DNA of 59,997 bases, the filler included, from Hausera hauseri (taxonomy: Eukaryota): the NCBI GenBank assembly GCA_046269625.1. It is 10 parts of 10 records of this genome, joined end to end, with 100 filler letters (N's around TTAATTAATTAA, not from the genome) between each part and the next. Parts side by side here need not be neighbours in the genome. Positions count along the whole stretch, not along the records: positions 45,866 to 51,107 come from JBJURY010301167.1; positions 51,208 to 55,181 come from JBJURY010846636.1; positions 55,282 to 59,997 come from JBJURY010463911.1; 7 more parts are not named here. One strand, 5' to 3'. The notes beneath the pieces are model-generated. The model did not search any database and had not been told where the DNA came from. It was given only the letters and a program-made list of their open reading frames with translations. Positions 47,265-58,986 of this stretch are shown piece by piece (the first letter of the stretch is position 1; each line of letters opens with the position of its first letter). Position numbers and translations under genes: made by a program.

Positions 47265-48568
47265 GCAGTGAACAGAACCTGCTCCAGCTACATGATGTTG
47301 TCAACTTGTTACAGGTCAGATAAACTACAAACCTATATAAAGAGATGAAAGCCTAAGCCAATCACAAACAGGTTGAGTAATTGCAAACAGGTTGTGCAAT
47401 CAGCCCATACCAAGAAGCTCCTGTGACTAATGTCCACAACCAGCAAACCTCAACAACACACAATGCTAAAAACAGAAAAGTTAGAAAAACTCTTTAACAA
47501 AACAAAAATCACAGAAAGCAGCTCAATGTCAATTCTTTATTAAGTCTTTTAGCGTTAACAGTCTGTAAAAAGTGGATTCAGAATGCCTCCCACAGAAATT
47601 TATCTCTATCAGGAGGAATAACCTCTATACCTTGAAATTTCAAGGAGCAAATGTCACCAGCTGTCATAAAATGTTTGGCAACAGAAGATCTTTCATCTTT
47701 ACTACAATTTTTGGTTTTTATGTTTCTGAAAACCTGATTTTTAATTCTCTTGTAGTTTTACCTATCTACGCCAGGCCACAACGACATTTCAATAAATACA
47801 CAACATATTTTGTTTGGCAAGAAAATTCTGTGCAAAATAGAGAGCTTTTTACCTGTGTGAGGACACCGCCACATTTCATCTAGTGACCTTACTTTAGGCC
47901 ACAGTTTTGAGAGGCCTCCCATTTTTCACAACAAGAGGGCCAAGAACTTTGAGGACTTCTTAGTTACAGCAGACTGCTATACCCCTCTTCCACATCTCTT
48001 GCCAAAATTCTCACCTGGCAATTTTCCTTGCATAAGTTGTGCTCAGAGGAGTGCTATGATTAAAGGTAATGTGTTTTTACATCCTCACACAAAAATCTGG
48101 TTTACAGAACATAAAAGTTTGTACTTTAGATGAGAGATGTCCTGTTGCCAAACATTTCATGACAGCTGGTGGCATTTGCTCCTTGAAATTTCAACGTATA
48201 GAGGTTGTTCCTCCTCTCAAGGGAGGAGGTAATGCAGATAAATTTCTGCTTAAAAGGGAAGCATTCTGGATCCACTTTTTACAGACTGTTAACCTGAAGG
48301 ACCTAATGAAGAACTGACATTGAACTGCTTTCTGTGATTTTTGGTTTGCTAATGGATTTTTGAACTTCTGTTTTTTGCATTATCTGTTGTTGAGGTTTGC
48401 TGGTTGTGCTTGTTAACCACGGGTGCTCCTTTTTTGGTCTGATTAACTGTTTGTGATTGCCCAACCTGTTTGTGATTGGCTTAGGCTTTCACTTCTTTAT
48501 ATAAGTTTGCAGTTGCCTGATCTGTAACAAGTTGACACCGGTTTGTTGATGAAACCCGTTCTGTTCAC
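47265..48568 (+). mobile_element. Penelope-like element (Neptune-type) 3' fragment with an inverted copy of its 3' end (47265-47700 is the reverse complement of about 48120-48568)
   Basis: DFLVTAD...GNFPCISCAQRSAMIKG..FLHPHT zinc-linker and GIY-YIG C-terminus PVAKHF...IEVV...GGG...LLKREAFWIHFLQT. About 400-bp inverted duplication. Confidence 0.88.
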
Positions 48569-49424
48569 TAAATGGGAGTCAGATTTAAATTGCAAATATG
48601 ATGACAAAAACTGGAGTAGATTGCTAAATTCATCTCAAACAATATTAATATCAACAAAGCATAGACAAATTCAATTTAATATTTTGCACCGCATATATTA
48701 TACCCCATACAGGTTGAACAAACTGAATGCCAACATCACTGACAAACGTCAAAGGTGTAAAATGTGTGTAGGGGATCTTCTTCATGTGCTTTGGAGTTGT
48801 ATACACTTGCAAACCTACTGGAATAATGTCATTCAGATAACATCAGCAGTTTGTGAGTTTTCTTTAGATGCTGACCCCAAGATTTGGATACTTGGAGATG
48901 TTATAACTTTGAAATTGTATCCTTGCAAGAAATACTTTGTTTTGTTAGCATCATCTGCAGAAAAAAAGTGTATACTTAAAAATTGGAAATCTATGGACCC
49001 TCCAAACCAGAAACATTGGATCAACGAACTGTTGTCATACTGTACTCCTGAAAAAAATTCTCACTTGATACAGGGGTCATTGGTTACGTTCAACCAAATT
49101 TGGACTCCGTTTCTGGACCTTCTACCCAGATTGGACCAGAGAGACTGATATGTATTGATGTTTAATGTCTTATTTAAATTCTTTAATTCTTATTCAATAT
49201 TTTTGTTGAATTTTTCTTTTTTTCTCTCTCGACTCTGGCTTTTCAAAAATATGTGATGTGTTAATTATATTATTGTATATGTTTTTACATGGAGAGAGTG
49301 GGTGGGGTGGGTGGGTTTTATTTTTGAAGTGTTTTCAAAAAAAAACCAGAAGGTAATATTGTAATCTTTATGTAGATTTTGTATGATTTAACCTTCTGAA
49401 TAAATATATCTATACAAAAAAAAA
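48569..49424 (+). mobile_element. 5'-truncated fish-type L1/Tx1 LINE (ORF2 C-terminus, 3' UTR, AATAAA, poly-A)
   Basis: KWESDL...QFNILHRIYYTPYRL...RCKMCVGDLLHVLWSC..LQTYW...ILKNWKS..PP...W; A9 tail at 49416-49424. Confidence 0.9.
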
Positions 49425-50076
49425 TGTTTGTGATTGCCCAACCTGTTTGTGATTGGCTTAGGCTTTCACTTCATTATATATGTTTGTAGTTGCCTGATCT
49501 GTAACAAGTTGACAACGGTTTGTTGATGAAATCTTTTAAACTTTAAGCTTTGGCTACAAAAAATGCTAGAGCTACAAAACCCTTTAGGGAACTACGGACT
49601 GATCAAATGTTCTTATGCAACACTGTCTGCTCAAACGCACTTGCCAACAACCCACCGTGACCTTTTGACCCACACACATGATGATCTGTAAAATTTCCTT
49701 TTTTAGTGTTTTGTCACCAGTAATTTGATGACCCTAAAGTGCTGTAAAACACACCTGAAAGACAAACTTGCAGGTCAAACTATCTGAGAACTAGACAATT
49801 TTGCACACTTCCAAATCTGGGTCATTTTTCAACTATCATAAGTGCACATTAGGAATATGAAAGGGGTTTGTAAGTCCACTTTGGACCAATGTAGAAGGAA
49901 AAATAAACTAAGAGCTAAAATTTGTCCTTAAAAGACTTAAATTGTAGCACTTACCCAGTTATATCAATCAATACCATGAAATATATTTAAAGGCCATAAA
50001 CGAGAAGTCTTCTCAACAATGGTTCTTTCAATGGGTACATTTACTTGGCTTTTTCTGGTACAAAGGATTTACCTAG

Positions 50077-50436
50077 TGTTATGGTCTGTGTCATGTCATG
50101 TGTTTATTTTGGTTTTCTGTCTTGTCAGTCTGTTTACCTCCTCCTGTCCTTTGCTGCAGCCCCGCCCACTCACACCTGATCCTCATGTTTCTTTCCCAGG
50201 TGTTTCTTATTCTCTCTCATTAGCTCACCTTTTATATTCTGTGTCTTGTCTTCACTTCCTCGTCAGTTCATTGTTTGCTTTTTGTTCATGTCTTTGTGCT
50301 CCAAGTTTTTGCAAAGCCAAGTTTGTAAGTTTTTTGAGCTGCCCCGTCAGTCTTTTTTCGTTATTAAATGCTTTGGATTTTTGGAAACTTTTATCTGCCT
50401 GCGCCCCGGGTTCATCCTGCCTGCTAAATCATAACA
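50077..50436 (+). repeat. LTR (360 bp) of a fish-type gypsy-derived, probably non-autonomous element
   Basis: TGTTATG ... CATAACA perfect inverted termini, CACACCTG motif, TTATAT and ATTAAA signals, followed by GAA...TGAACCCAGCAG. Confidence 0.85.
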
Positions 50437-50508
50437 GAATGAACCGCCCAGAACCTGAACCCAGCAGGTAGAATTTTTTTCCCCTCCTCCCTTCCCACCA
50501 CCACCGTC

Positions 50509-51107
50509 ATGTCAGCGTCTCCTCAGACTGATATCCTGGGGATCCTCGAAGGAAGGAGGAGTGAGCTGGCTGTCTTGAAGGGGCTCTTTTCTTTGGGGCC
50601 TCCTGCGAAGCTGTCAGAGCCAGGGGTTTCTGAGGTCCCCCCTCCCCACCCCTTTGATTCTGGTCCTGCTCTAATTCCTGAGGGTCCTCCTTCCCTTTTT
50701 GGGTCTCCTGCAGTCCCTGAGACACCCGGTGGGTCGACTGCTGTCGCGACTGGGTCGGCTGCCATCGCTGCTGTCGCGACTGAGTCGGCTGCCGTCGCAG
50801 CCATGTCTCCTGGGTCGGCTGCCGTCGCTTCTTCGTTTCCTCTGTCGCCTTCAGTCGCCATGGTCAAGACTCTAACTCCCTCAACCTCCGCCGGCTCCTC
50901 ATTGCCTCCTGCCTCCTCCCTGGGCTCCACGTCTGTTCCCGCCTCCTCCCTGGGCTCCGCGTCTGTTCCCGCCTCCTCCCTGGGCTCCACGTCTGTTCCT
51001 GCCTCCTCCCTGGGCTCCACGTCTGTTCCCGCCTCCTCCCTGGGCTCCGCGTCTGTTCCTACCTCCTCCCTGGGCTCTATGCCTGTTCCTGCCTCCTCCC
51101 TGGGGTA
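50509..51107 (+). CDS. Low-complexity Pro/Ser/Ala-rich ORF inside the LTR element (partial)
   Basis: Open frame directly downstream of the LTR, running into a 30-bp minisatellite. Confidence 0.35.
50911..51104 (+). repeat. 30-bp minisatellite, about 6.5 copies (GCCTCCTCCCTGGGCTCCrCGTCTGTTCCy)
   Basis: Directly visible tandem units encoding ASSLGS(T/A)SVP. Confidence 0.97.
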
Positions 51108-51207
51108 NNNNNNNNNNNNNNNNNNNNNNNNNNNNNNNNNNNNNNNNNNNNTTAATTAATTAANNNNNNNNNNNNNNNNNNNNNNNNNNNNNNNNNNNNN
51201 NNNNNNN

Positions 51208-51313
51208 AATTTGCACAAATTTACGCAATTTTGTCCTTAAGTTGGGCAATTTCTGAGCGGAAATTACGCAATTTGTGGGGATGTCTGTGCCAGAACCGGA
51301 AATTTTATACTAA
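51208..51313 (+). repeat. Terminus of the same repeat family as 42740-42847
   Basis: GGAArTTACGCAATT..GGGGGA..GTCTGTGCCArAACCGGmAATTTTAyACTA is shared by both contigs. Confidence 0.8.
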
Positions 51314-52826
51314 TGTTGTACATTTAAGTAATATTTTTCTCACACTCCACAGTATGAACAATGATTTCATGAGCTTCCGCAAGGGAACTATCGTTGTAAT
51401 GACCAACATCCAACTGACTAAATATTCATTTACATAGATAATTTCATTAAAATTCTGCATCCATAATCAGAAAGAGCTTAGGATGAAAATCTAAGGAATG
51501 CACAGACAATACAAACTTCACAAATTCATTACTTTAATCTACTATATGTATAGAGAATAGGAATAAACATACTTATAAATGTTTGAATGACTGCAAGAAT
51601 TATTTTATCTATAGGAATAATAAATATGGATCCAAGTAGATTTCGTTAGGCATTTTGTGAAAAATACATTTTCCACCGATTTAATGCGGTGTTGATATTT
51701 CTGTTATGCATTAGTATTTGTATTTATGGAGATTTGATCTATTTCTAAAGTAAAGTACTGTACAATGATGTGTATGAGTGCATGTTATATGTATACACTA
51801 TATACAATCAAAATTTAGCAACATTTTCGTTATCTGAGACAAAATACATTAAATGTCTGACAAATTCCCGGCTTAAGTATTGATTCCCTGGAATTAGATA
51901 CGAGCTTCTTTGATGTTAATGAACAACTTAACAGTTGTAACTTCACAACAGTTTCACATTAAAGTTATTGACTTAAATGATTGTTCCATTGTTACTTCTT
52001 TGAGTACAGTTCTTCCAACAAACAATAATTATTTTCGGAACTAACGTGTCGTTAAAAAACATTAATTTTCTACGTAAAATATGTGTATAAAAACTTATAT
52101 GACAGAAATTAGTTTTGCATTATTTACTAAAAATAATGAATATTTAAAAAGTATTACATAAACAAAAACGTACAAAACTTATTTTGCTTTTCAAAATATT
52201 GCTTAATTATTTCATCATTCTACAAAAACAAATAATATAGAAGCTATGCACCTACTCAAACAATAATAAATAATAAATTCGCATAAATACAGACAGAGAA
52301 AATTCATTTTTCGGGCCAAATTTTAGTCACCAATTTACATTTTCCTCTTACATAAATATTTGGGATTGAAAAAGAATTTACTGATTAGTGTATGTTACAT
52401 AAATCTTAGGTTTTCAATATTATGTACTTACAGTTTTTTAATTCTTTGATTAATCGATATTATTTCATTTCAAAAGAAACAGAAATGAAAATGAGACTGT
52501 AGATAACACATCATAATATTAAATTATTTAAAACATTACAATTACTGATGCAACTTTTAATCAATAAAAATTTTTATGGAAAACGAAATAACCCTGCAAT
52601 GCAAAAACCACCCTGAAAGATTTCTTTTACTAAATCAGTTTAATCTTCATAAATATATTCCATATAAAATTTTCAATACTCATGACATCTAATGTTCTAA
52701 TAATGTTTGATGAATAATTTATTTTATTGTAATTCTAATCATTTTTTTCAACCATGCAATGCATTATTACTGTAATTTGTGAGTTTCCCTGTTTTATAAT
52801 AAATTTATTTAGCTGCACATATTTAG

Positions 52827-53516
52827 ACTTACAAATCAGTGTATTTTTATCAATCGTCAGTGGATTTGAAGATTCCATTCAACAAATCCAACCGTGGTCA
52901 ATACCAATCGATAAATTTGTTGAATTCCGAGTCGTGCAGAAATTTAGTCCAAGTTCGGAAATTCTTATTGAAATAATTAATGAAAAAATATCCCGGAAAT
53001 TTCTGAAAATCTCACAAAAACTCTACGTTGACGAATCAACGGATTATTTCGTAATTGACAAAAATATTACGAAAATCGGTACGGATCAATTTACAATAAG
53101 AATGCGGTTCTTGGAAAAAAGCCATGGGAAAAAATTGGTTTTCCGTTGGTTTTCCAATGGGGTAAACCGATACGATGAAACCACGTGGAAACAGGCGGAC
53201 AGTGAAATTTATTCTCAAACGATATCATTGTTGAAAGACTGGACGATCAAATTGAAAATGCAAATTGTCGATTACGATGAGAAATATTTCCAGATTGGTA
53301 AGAAAGTGAAAGTAACATGTGAAGCACACGGCGGATTACCAGAAGCACGTGTTAATATCGTTCAAACGAATCGATTGATCAGCGATATTTATTACGATGA
53401 TAAGCAGAATACGATTGTTGGATATTTTTATCTGCGTGTGACAGATCACAATTCGAACATGACATGCAACGTTGATGGAACTAAACAGATACAGACGATT
53501 CAGATACGGGTTAATC
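52827..53516 (+). CDS. Internal exon of an immunoglobulin-superfamily protein (C2-set/CD80-like Ig domain)
   Basis: GKKVKVTCEAHGGLPEARV...DHNSNMTCNV...IQIRV. Phase-1 acceptor catatttag before 52827 and phase-1 donor GTGAGT at 53517. Confidence 0.75.
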
Positions 53517-53868
53517 GTGAGTTTTTGTTTTTTTGTATTTTGATCATTTTTAATTACTATATAGTTTAATTTATTTTTATATAAATCAAATCATAATTCC
53601 ATTTAAATTTCATTGTAATCCCGTAGATCATAATGATAATTTTCAGGCAGTTGTATAAAATTAAATAACTCAGCTGAGTCCGTTTTAAAGGTTTATTGAA
53701 AATGGAGTAAATCGACCAATAACTCCATTTGTTTTATCATGTTAAATCTAGTTTATTTTATAGTCTTTATGCGTTCAATACCAACAATTATAAAGTGGCT
53801 GATTGTATAGTCTTATTTTATTACTCAGATGAGTCCGTTAGACCGAATCACCAAAGGGCTAACATACT

Positions 53869-54528
53869 GGGGTAAATATTTCAGTATATTTTTACGGATG
53901 TTAAATTGTAAAACATTCTATTCTAAGTCGCGGTTAAGCATGATTTCATTTAATCGTTGATTTTATCCAGGAATACAAATTGTAGTTATTTTTATCCATG
54001 TAACATTGCTTCTTATCAGTATTATATAAACGCGGGGTAAATGATTCAGTGATTAAATTTATATTTTATTTTACAAAAGCTTATCTGTTTAACAGTGTTT
54101 CAAATTCTATTGAATATAGTTAGAAAGAACATGAATGTTTAGTCTTGTTTTATCAAGTGGGTTTGTTTGATCGATTATATAATTGGGGTAAATATTTCAG
54201 TTTTTTTTCTACAACTACAAATGTAAAACGGTCTATTCGGATCATAATTCAATATTTTTGTCTATTTCACAACAAATTCTTTAAAATAATTGAAGTAAGT
54301 AACATTCAGAATCAAAGAAAATGGATGTTGTGTTCATTTTAGAGTAATTTTTAATGTGTAATCTTCATCGGGGGTAAATATTTCAGTCTATTGTGCTACC
54401 AAAATTACAACCGGCAAACCGCATTTGTCTTTTCTGAAATGCGTTGGTGATCAATACGCAAAATAATAATGCATATTTAATGATGTTCATGATTTCTCGA
54501 TTTTCAGACCATATGAAACATTTACCCC
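53869..54528. repeat. Array of a 17-bp motif GGGGTAAATATTTCAGT (four direct copies, one inverted)
   Basis: Copies at 53869, 54034, 54185 and 54371; inverted copy at 54514-54528. Confidence 0.85.
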
Positions 54529-55399
54529 AGGTGATTGTCCTATCGAAATACTCAACTATTATCCAATTATTCTAATACAAACGTCGAAATTTAATAAGCT
54601 TATAACAAGAATTATGAACTATGCATATTATATTGGCTGTCTTATCAAGGAGCAGCTTTTAAATTCGTCAAAATTTGTTGAAAATTTTTTGTCCGATGAA
54701 ATGAAACACACCGTTAATAAATTGCCCACGGTTTAATCTGCAAGTGCTTCTTTCTTTTTGACAACATCCAAAGTTTTTTGTATCAATTTCTTAACATCTG
54801 TCAGTCGAAAGTTATGAAATATTTTAAACGTAATTGAGTTGACTAAACGTGTTTCAATTATCTTTTGGTTATTCTGCAAAGCAGAGCATGCAAACAACAA
54901 AATTAAATTAAAACCATCTACTTTTAACAAATTCTAGTTTATATAGTTTCTGACATCTCTGCTGCATATTTGTGATTCACATCCATTTTGATTTCAATAC
55001 CATGCATAGCAGTCGCACAGCCAGCAGTTTCATAAGCGGAGGGCATGGCAATACCATGTGAATACCGTATTCTTCAAAAATGTGTGTAAATTTTCTTAGG
55101 AAAAAAACTTTGTGCGAACCAGTGGGACCGTAGGTTGGTAACTGAGTGTCTATTTTTCCTTAAATGCAGTTCCATATATGANNNNNNNNNNNNNNNNNNN
55201 NNNNNNNNNNNNNNNNNNNNNNNNNTTAATTAATTAANNNNNNNNNNNNNNNNNNNNNNNNNNNNNNNNNNNNNNNNNNNNTTCGAACCACCGGAGAAAA
55301 ACTGAGGATGCTCAAAACTACCATGTAACGGGCCAACGAATGGTCAAAAGGAAGCATTGCCAGGACGTTTTGTTTTATTTGAAATTTATTTTTTACAAT

Positions 55400-57090
55400 A
55401 TAACAAAATTATCTTAATTAACTGTGAATAAACGAAACAAGTTGTCATAAATACTGGTTTAGGGAATTTGATTTGCAATAAATATATAAAGTAATCAATT
55501 CTTCAGCATCAAAGTTATATCCAATAAAAAGGTAGACCAGTGTCGACTTTTGAAACTCCAATATTGGTTGAAAAGAGAAATATATAATTAGGCAAAGCCA
55601 AAAATCAACTCAATGAAAATTTTCCAAACGGACACCACAAATTTCGAAATTCGAGAACGGCCAAACTCCGTTTTTATTTATTGAAACAACTGCAAGGTAA
55701 AAAGTCTGCACTTTTTGCAAAAAAAAGAAAAACACAATTGCCATAAAATGTTAGGAATACATAATATGACCAATGTATATCTTTGCGTAATCTGCTAAAT
55801 GATGTCATATGAACTACATTAATACCCAGTAATAGTTTTCACGTGAAAGCCGTCAAATATAGATATTAATTGAATGCTGCTGCAAATAAGCACACATTTC
55901 GATGGATAGACGTTATCGGCCCCATCATAAAGAGAAATGTTGCAATCAATAAACACAAAACGATGTTTAACATATCAAGTCTCATTTTATCTCGAGAATT
56001 TACACACAAAATAAATACCAGAAAAAATGTTAGAGAAACATGAAATAATGCCGGTAATTACTGACAACGTTTGATAGGCTACAAGATGTTCTATATTGAT
56101 TATTTTCATTGAGACTAATAAAGCTAAATTTGTCAGATGATTGCATTTGTAGTAATGTTCTTTATCTGGATTGATTACTTTCTCACAACCATTTGTTGAC
56201 CATGTCCAATTTTTTACGAATTCCAAGAAACCACATTCCTCTTGAATTTCCAGCATCCATTTCATTGAACGATATGTTCCAATTTTGGGCAATTTGAATT
56301 CAACATTGGTTGTAAGATTCTGGTTGACGTTTAGAGCAAACATGTTGGAATTTTTAAATCCGGCTCTTCCATTAGAATCTAGTTCCGAATTGGATAACTT
56401 GATGTCATCTAATATTTGATTGTCTAAATGCTCTTCAAGGCATTCAGTCTCATCAAGAATGTCTATGTTACGATAATACACTAAACTCGATATCAGTTTC
56501 ATGTTTTCATGTTGACGAGAGATTTTAAACTGCACATAGTCATTTCCGGATTCATTCAGAATTGAAGTTGTAAGAATTGTGTACTGTAGTTTGCCGGCTT
56601 TCATTAGCTGTACATTTGTTGCTACTGGTCCCACTTTGTCCGAGATGTTTGCGATCTTCTTTGAAATCATTGCATTAATGTTGTTCATTAAATGCCGCTC
56701 AGATTTCAGTAAAAGAAAATTGACCAATACCTTTCTGGAATCTGACAAAAAATATTCTTTACGCTTTCGTACTTAAAAATTTTCAATATCAGAAACTAAC
56801 TAATGAAATTTTTTCATCACCAGTATTACTATATTTTGATATAATTCTTTCAATATAGGTCTTTTCATCGAAGTCTGTTGATTGTGAAATCGAATTTCTG
56901 CTTGCGGATTGATTATCTGGTACGTTGATTCTGACCGTATCGATTTCATTTTTTTTGGTCCGTCTTTGAGTATCAGTGTAAGATATGATCCGGTAATGTT
57001 GGAGATAATAAATGTGTCAGTCAATTCGCTTTTAGATACAATGAAATTGATTCTTTATCGCATTCCAATTTTGGATTATATTTCAACGGA
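55400..57090 (-). pseudogene. Intronless adhesion-GPCR-like gene (GAIN/GPS plus 7TM), disrupted
   Basis: GPS motif CGF...WTWSTNGC...KCNHLTNLALLV, then TM1, a frameshift, and TM2/TM3 VCLFAAAFN*YLYLTAFT*KLLLG. Confidence 0.82.
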
Positions 57091-57420
57091 ATAGATTCAC
57101 TCGTATTCTTTGTACCTATAAAGTTTCACCTTACTAAAAATATGAAATTACCAAAATATACTAAAATTTAAAACCTTAAAATTTAATATCACCGAGTCGA
57201 TAAAATAAAATTAAAATACAAAAACCACGAATTTAAAAATTTCCCCTTGAAATTTTAAACATACCAAATAGTAGTAACAAAATCGCGGATTTGTCAAGCA
57301 TAAAAATTCATACACAAAATTATTAAATAACAAACAAAATCTGTGGATTCAAATTCATTTGTTTGAATCCACAGTTTTCCAAAAACAGAATTCTATTCAA
57401 AAAAATAACACGACTCCAAA

Positions 57421-58689
57421 ATGCCAGAAGCCCCAAAAATGAATCCATCAACCAGAACAACGAAGCCCGGCGAGCCAATCGCCCGGAATGATACAAAGGC
57501 CATCCCAGCCGATGCCACAACCCAACCAAACGCCACCCTTGGCGAAACGAAGACATCATCGACTCCGGGGTATCGCATTCCCAAGATACCCCGACCAATG
57601 CACGCCCAAGCGCACAATAACACCGACCGTCGCGTCGCCTTACTGGAACAAAGCCGATCAAAACAGCGGCAATGCGCAACCCGGCAGAATACCGTCCCAC
57701 ACGGCAGACGACGTCTCGACACCAACAGGCGAGCCCCGTACCGATCCTATTCGGATATTCTGACGGTACGGGAGTTGCTCCAACGAAGCCGTTTCGTACG
57801 GCACTTGACCCGGCTAGGGCAATACAACCCCTACGCTTTACCGACGACACGCTTTATCGGTTCTACGAGGACGGGGAAAATCGACGCCTTTTCGACTTGT
57901 CGGCTTTTCTGCCGGTGTTCCTAAGACTGATGGCGGCCTCCGACCGCATCTACGAATCTGTGGCTCCATCTGAGAGCCAGTTGATTCCGGACCAGAGAAT
58001 CTCCGGCTTACGGCGGGTCAGGGCATACAGCTCCGACACGGACGACCAACCAATTCCCCCTCGTCGTCTTCTTAGCACGGCATTATCTCTATCCTCCACG
58101 GAAGAGTTTTACTCGTCGGCAGACGACGATTGTAATGTTAATAAACTTTGTGATTCTTATACTGTTGTTGTCTACCGATTTTTTACATTCGTTTTTTATT
58201 GTTTTCTTTGTTACGATGTTGCTAAATAGGATCAGGGACTCTCATAAAGCAATAAGCACTAAAATGGTGGCAGCGGTTACCCAATTCACGCCTTTCAATA
58301 CAAACTCAGCCGTAGAAATCAATCCGGCTCAAACACTGCACACAGCAGTTCATATCAGTCCGACTGAAATTTGCACAAGTGCCGTCGAAATTAATCCGGT
58401 CACACAATCGTGTATCAGCAAGTATGATCACGTAACACCCACTGACAGTTGCATCAGCAAAATGAACTGCAGTCAGAAAATCACAGTGAGTAATTTTGAA
58501 CAAGTGCTAAAATATACTAGCACTAACACACGCGCCAACAACGTCAAATCCGAACACAAACCCGATTATATGAACCGTGCCAAAATAGCACACACAACAA
58601 TCGAAAATTCGCTATTTAACCATTCACCCAATCATCAGTCGATTGACATCGCCAACAAGATTCACTATGGTGAAACAACGTCGACCGAT
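57421..58689 (+). other. Unidentified GC-richer ORF remnants, probably part of another mobile element, with short AVEINP-type peptide repeats
   Basis: Overlapping ORFs 57421-57924, 57672-58229 and 58135-58704. No recognisable domain. Confidence 0.3.
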
Positions 58690-58986
58690 TGTACGCCAAA
58701 CTAAGTATAACTCATAGTACAAAATTGGCGTCATACAAAAGCTCATCGCTTTCCATCTACTCTAGATATGTCGGGAATGCTGGAAGTTTTAAACCAACAA
58801 TATTTCGAGCATACATTTTCTCAATCGGAAATTACTACGCAAGAATAATTGCGCAATCAATACAATTTTCGAATAAAACTCCACTATACTGGCGACTCCA
58901 AGACTAAAAGGAGGTGCCAACACTCCCACACCCGACAAAAAAGCCAAAACTGCATCATCAGCACCGGCAAAACCTCCCAAACTAGC

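Noticed and set aside
53824-53850. Hammerhead-ribozyme-like string CAGATGAGTCCGTTAGACCGAAT
   Set aside because: Both catalytic boxes deviate (CAGATGA for CTGATGA, GAAT for GAAA), and I could not find flanking stems I and III.
53869-54387. CRISPR-like repeat-spacer array
   Set aside because: The repeat is only 17 bp, spacers are 134-169 bp and partly homologous to each other, there are no cas genes, and the context is eukaryotic.
54733-55100. IS630/Tc1-like transposase C-terminal remnant (HMVLPCPP; HNFRLTDVKKLIQKTLDVV)
   Set aside because: Resemblance is weak, motif spacing is too long, and no catalytic residues are visible.
576-56000. Alternative genetic code (TGA=Trp or TAA/TAG=Gln), suggested by stops at conserved Trp/Gln positions in the P450, CEP97, Tudor, GPCR and retroelements
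   Set aside because: The same genes use TGG and CAA/CAG almost everywhere, frameshifts co-occur, and one TGA replaces Arg. Single transitions from TGG/CAA/CAG/CGA are the expected route to nonsense codons in decaying sequence.
58209-58437. Possible solo LTR TGTTACG...CGTAACA
   Set aside because: No TSD, PBS or PPT, and it lies inside a continuous ORF. A 7-bp inverted match can arise by chance.
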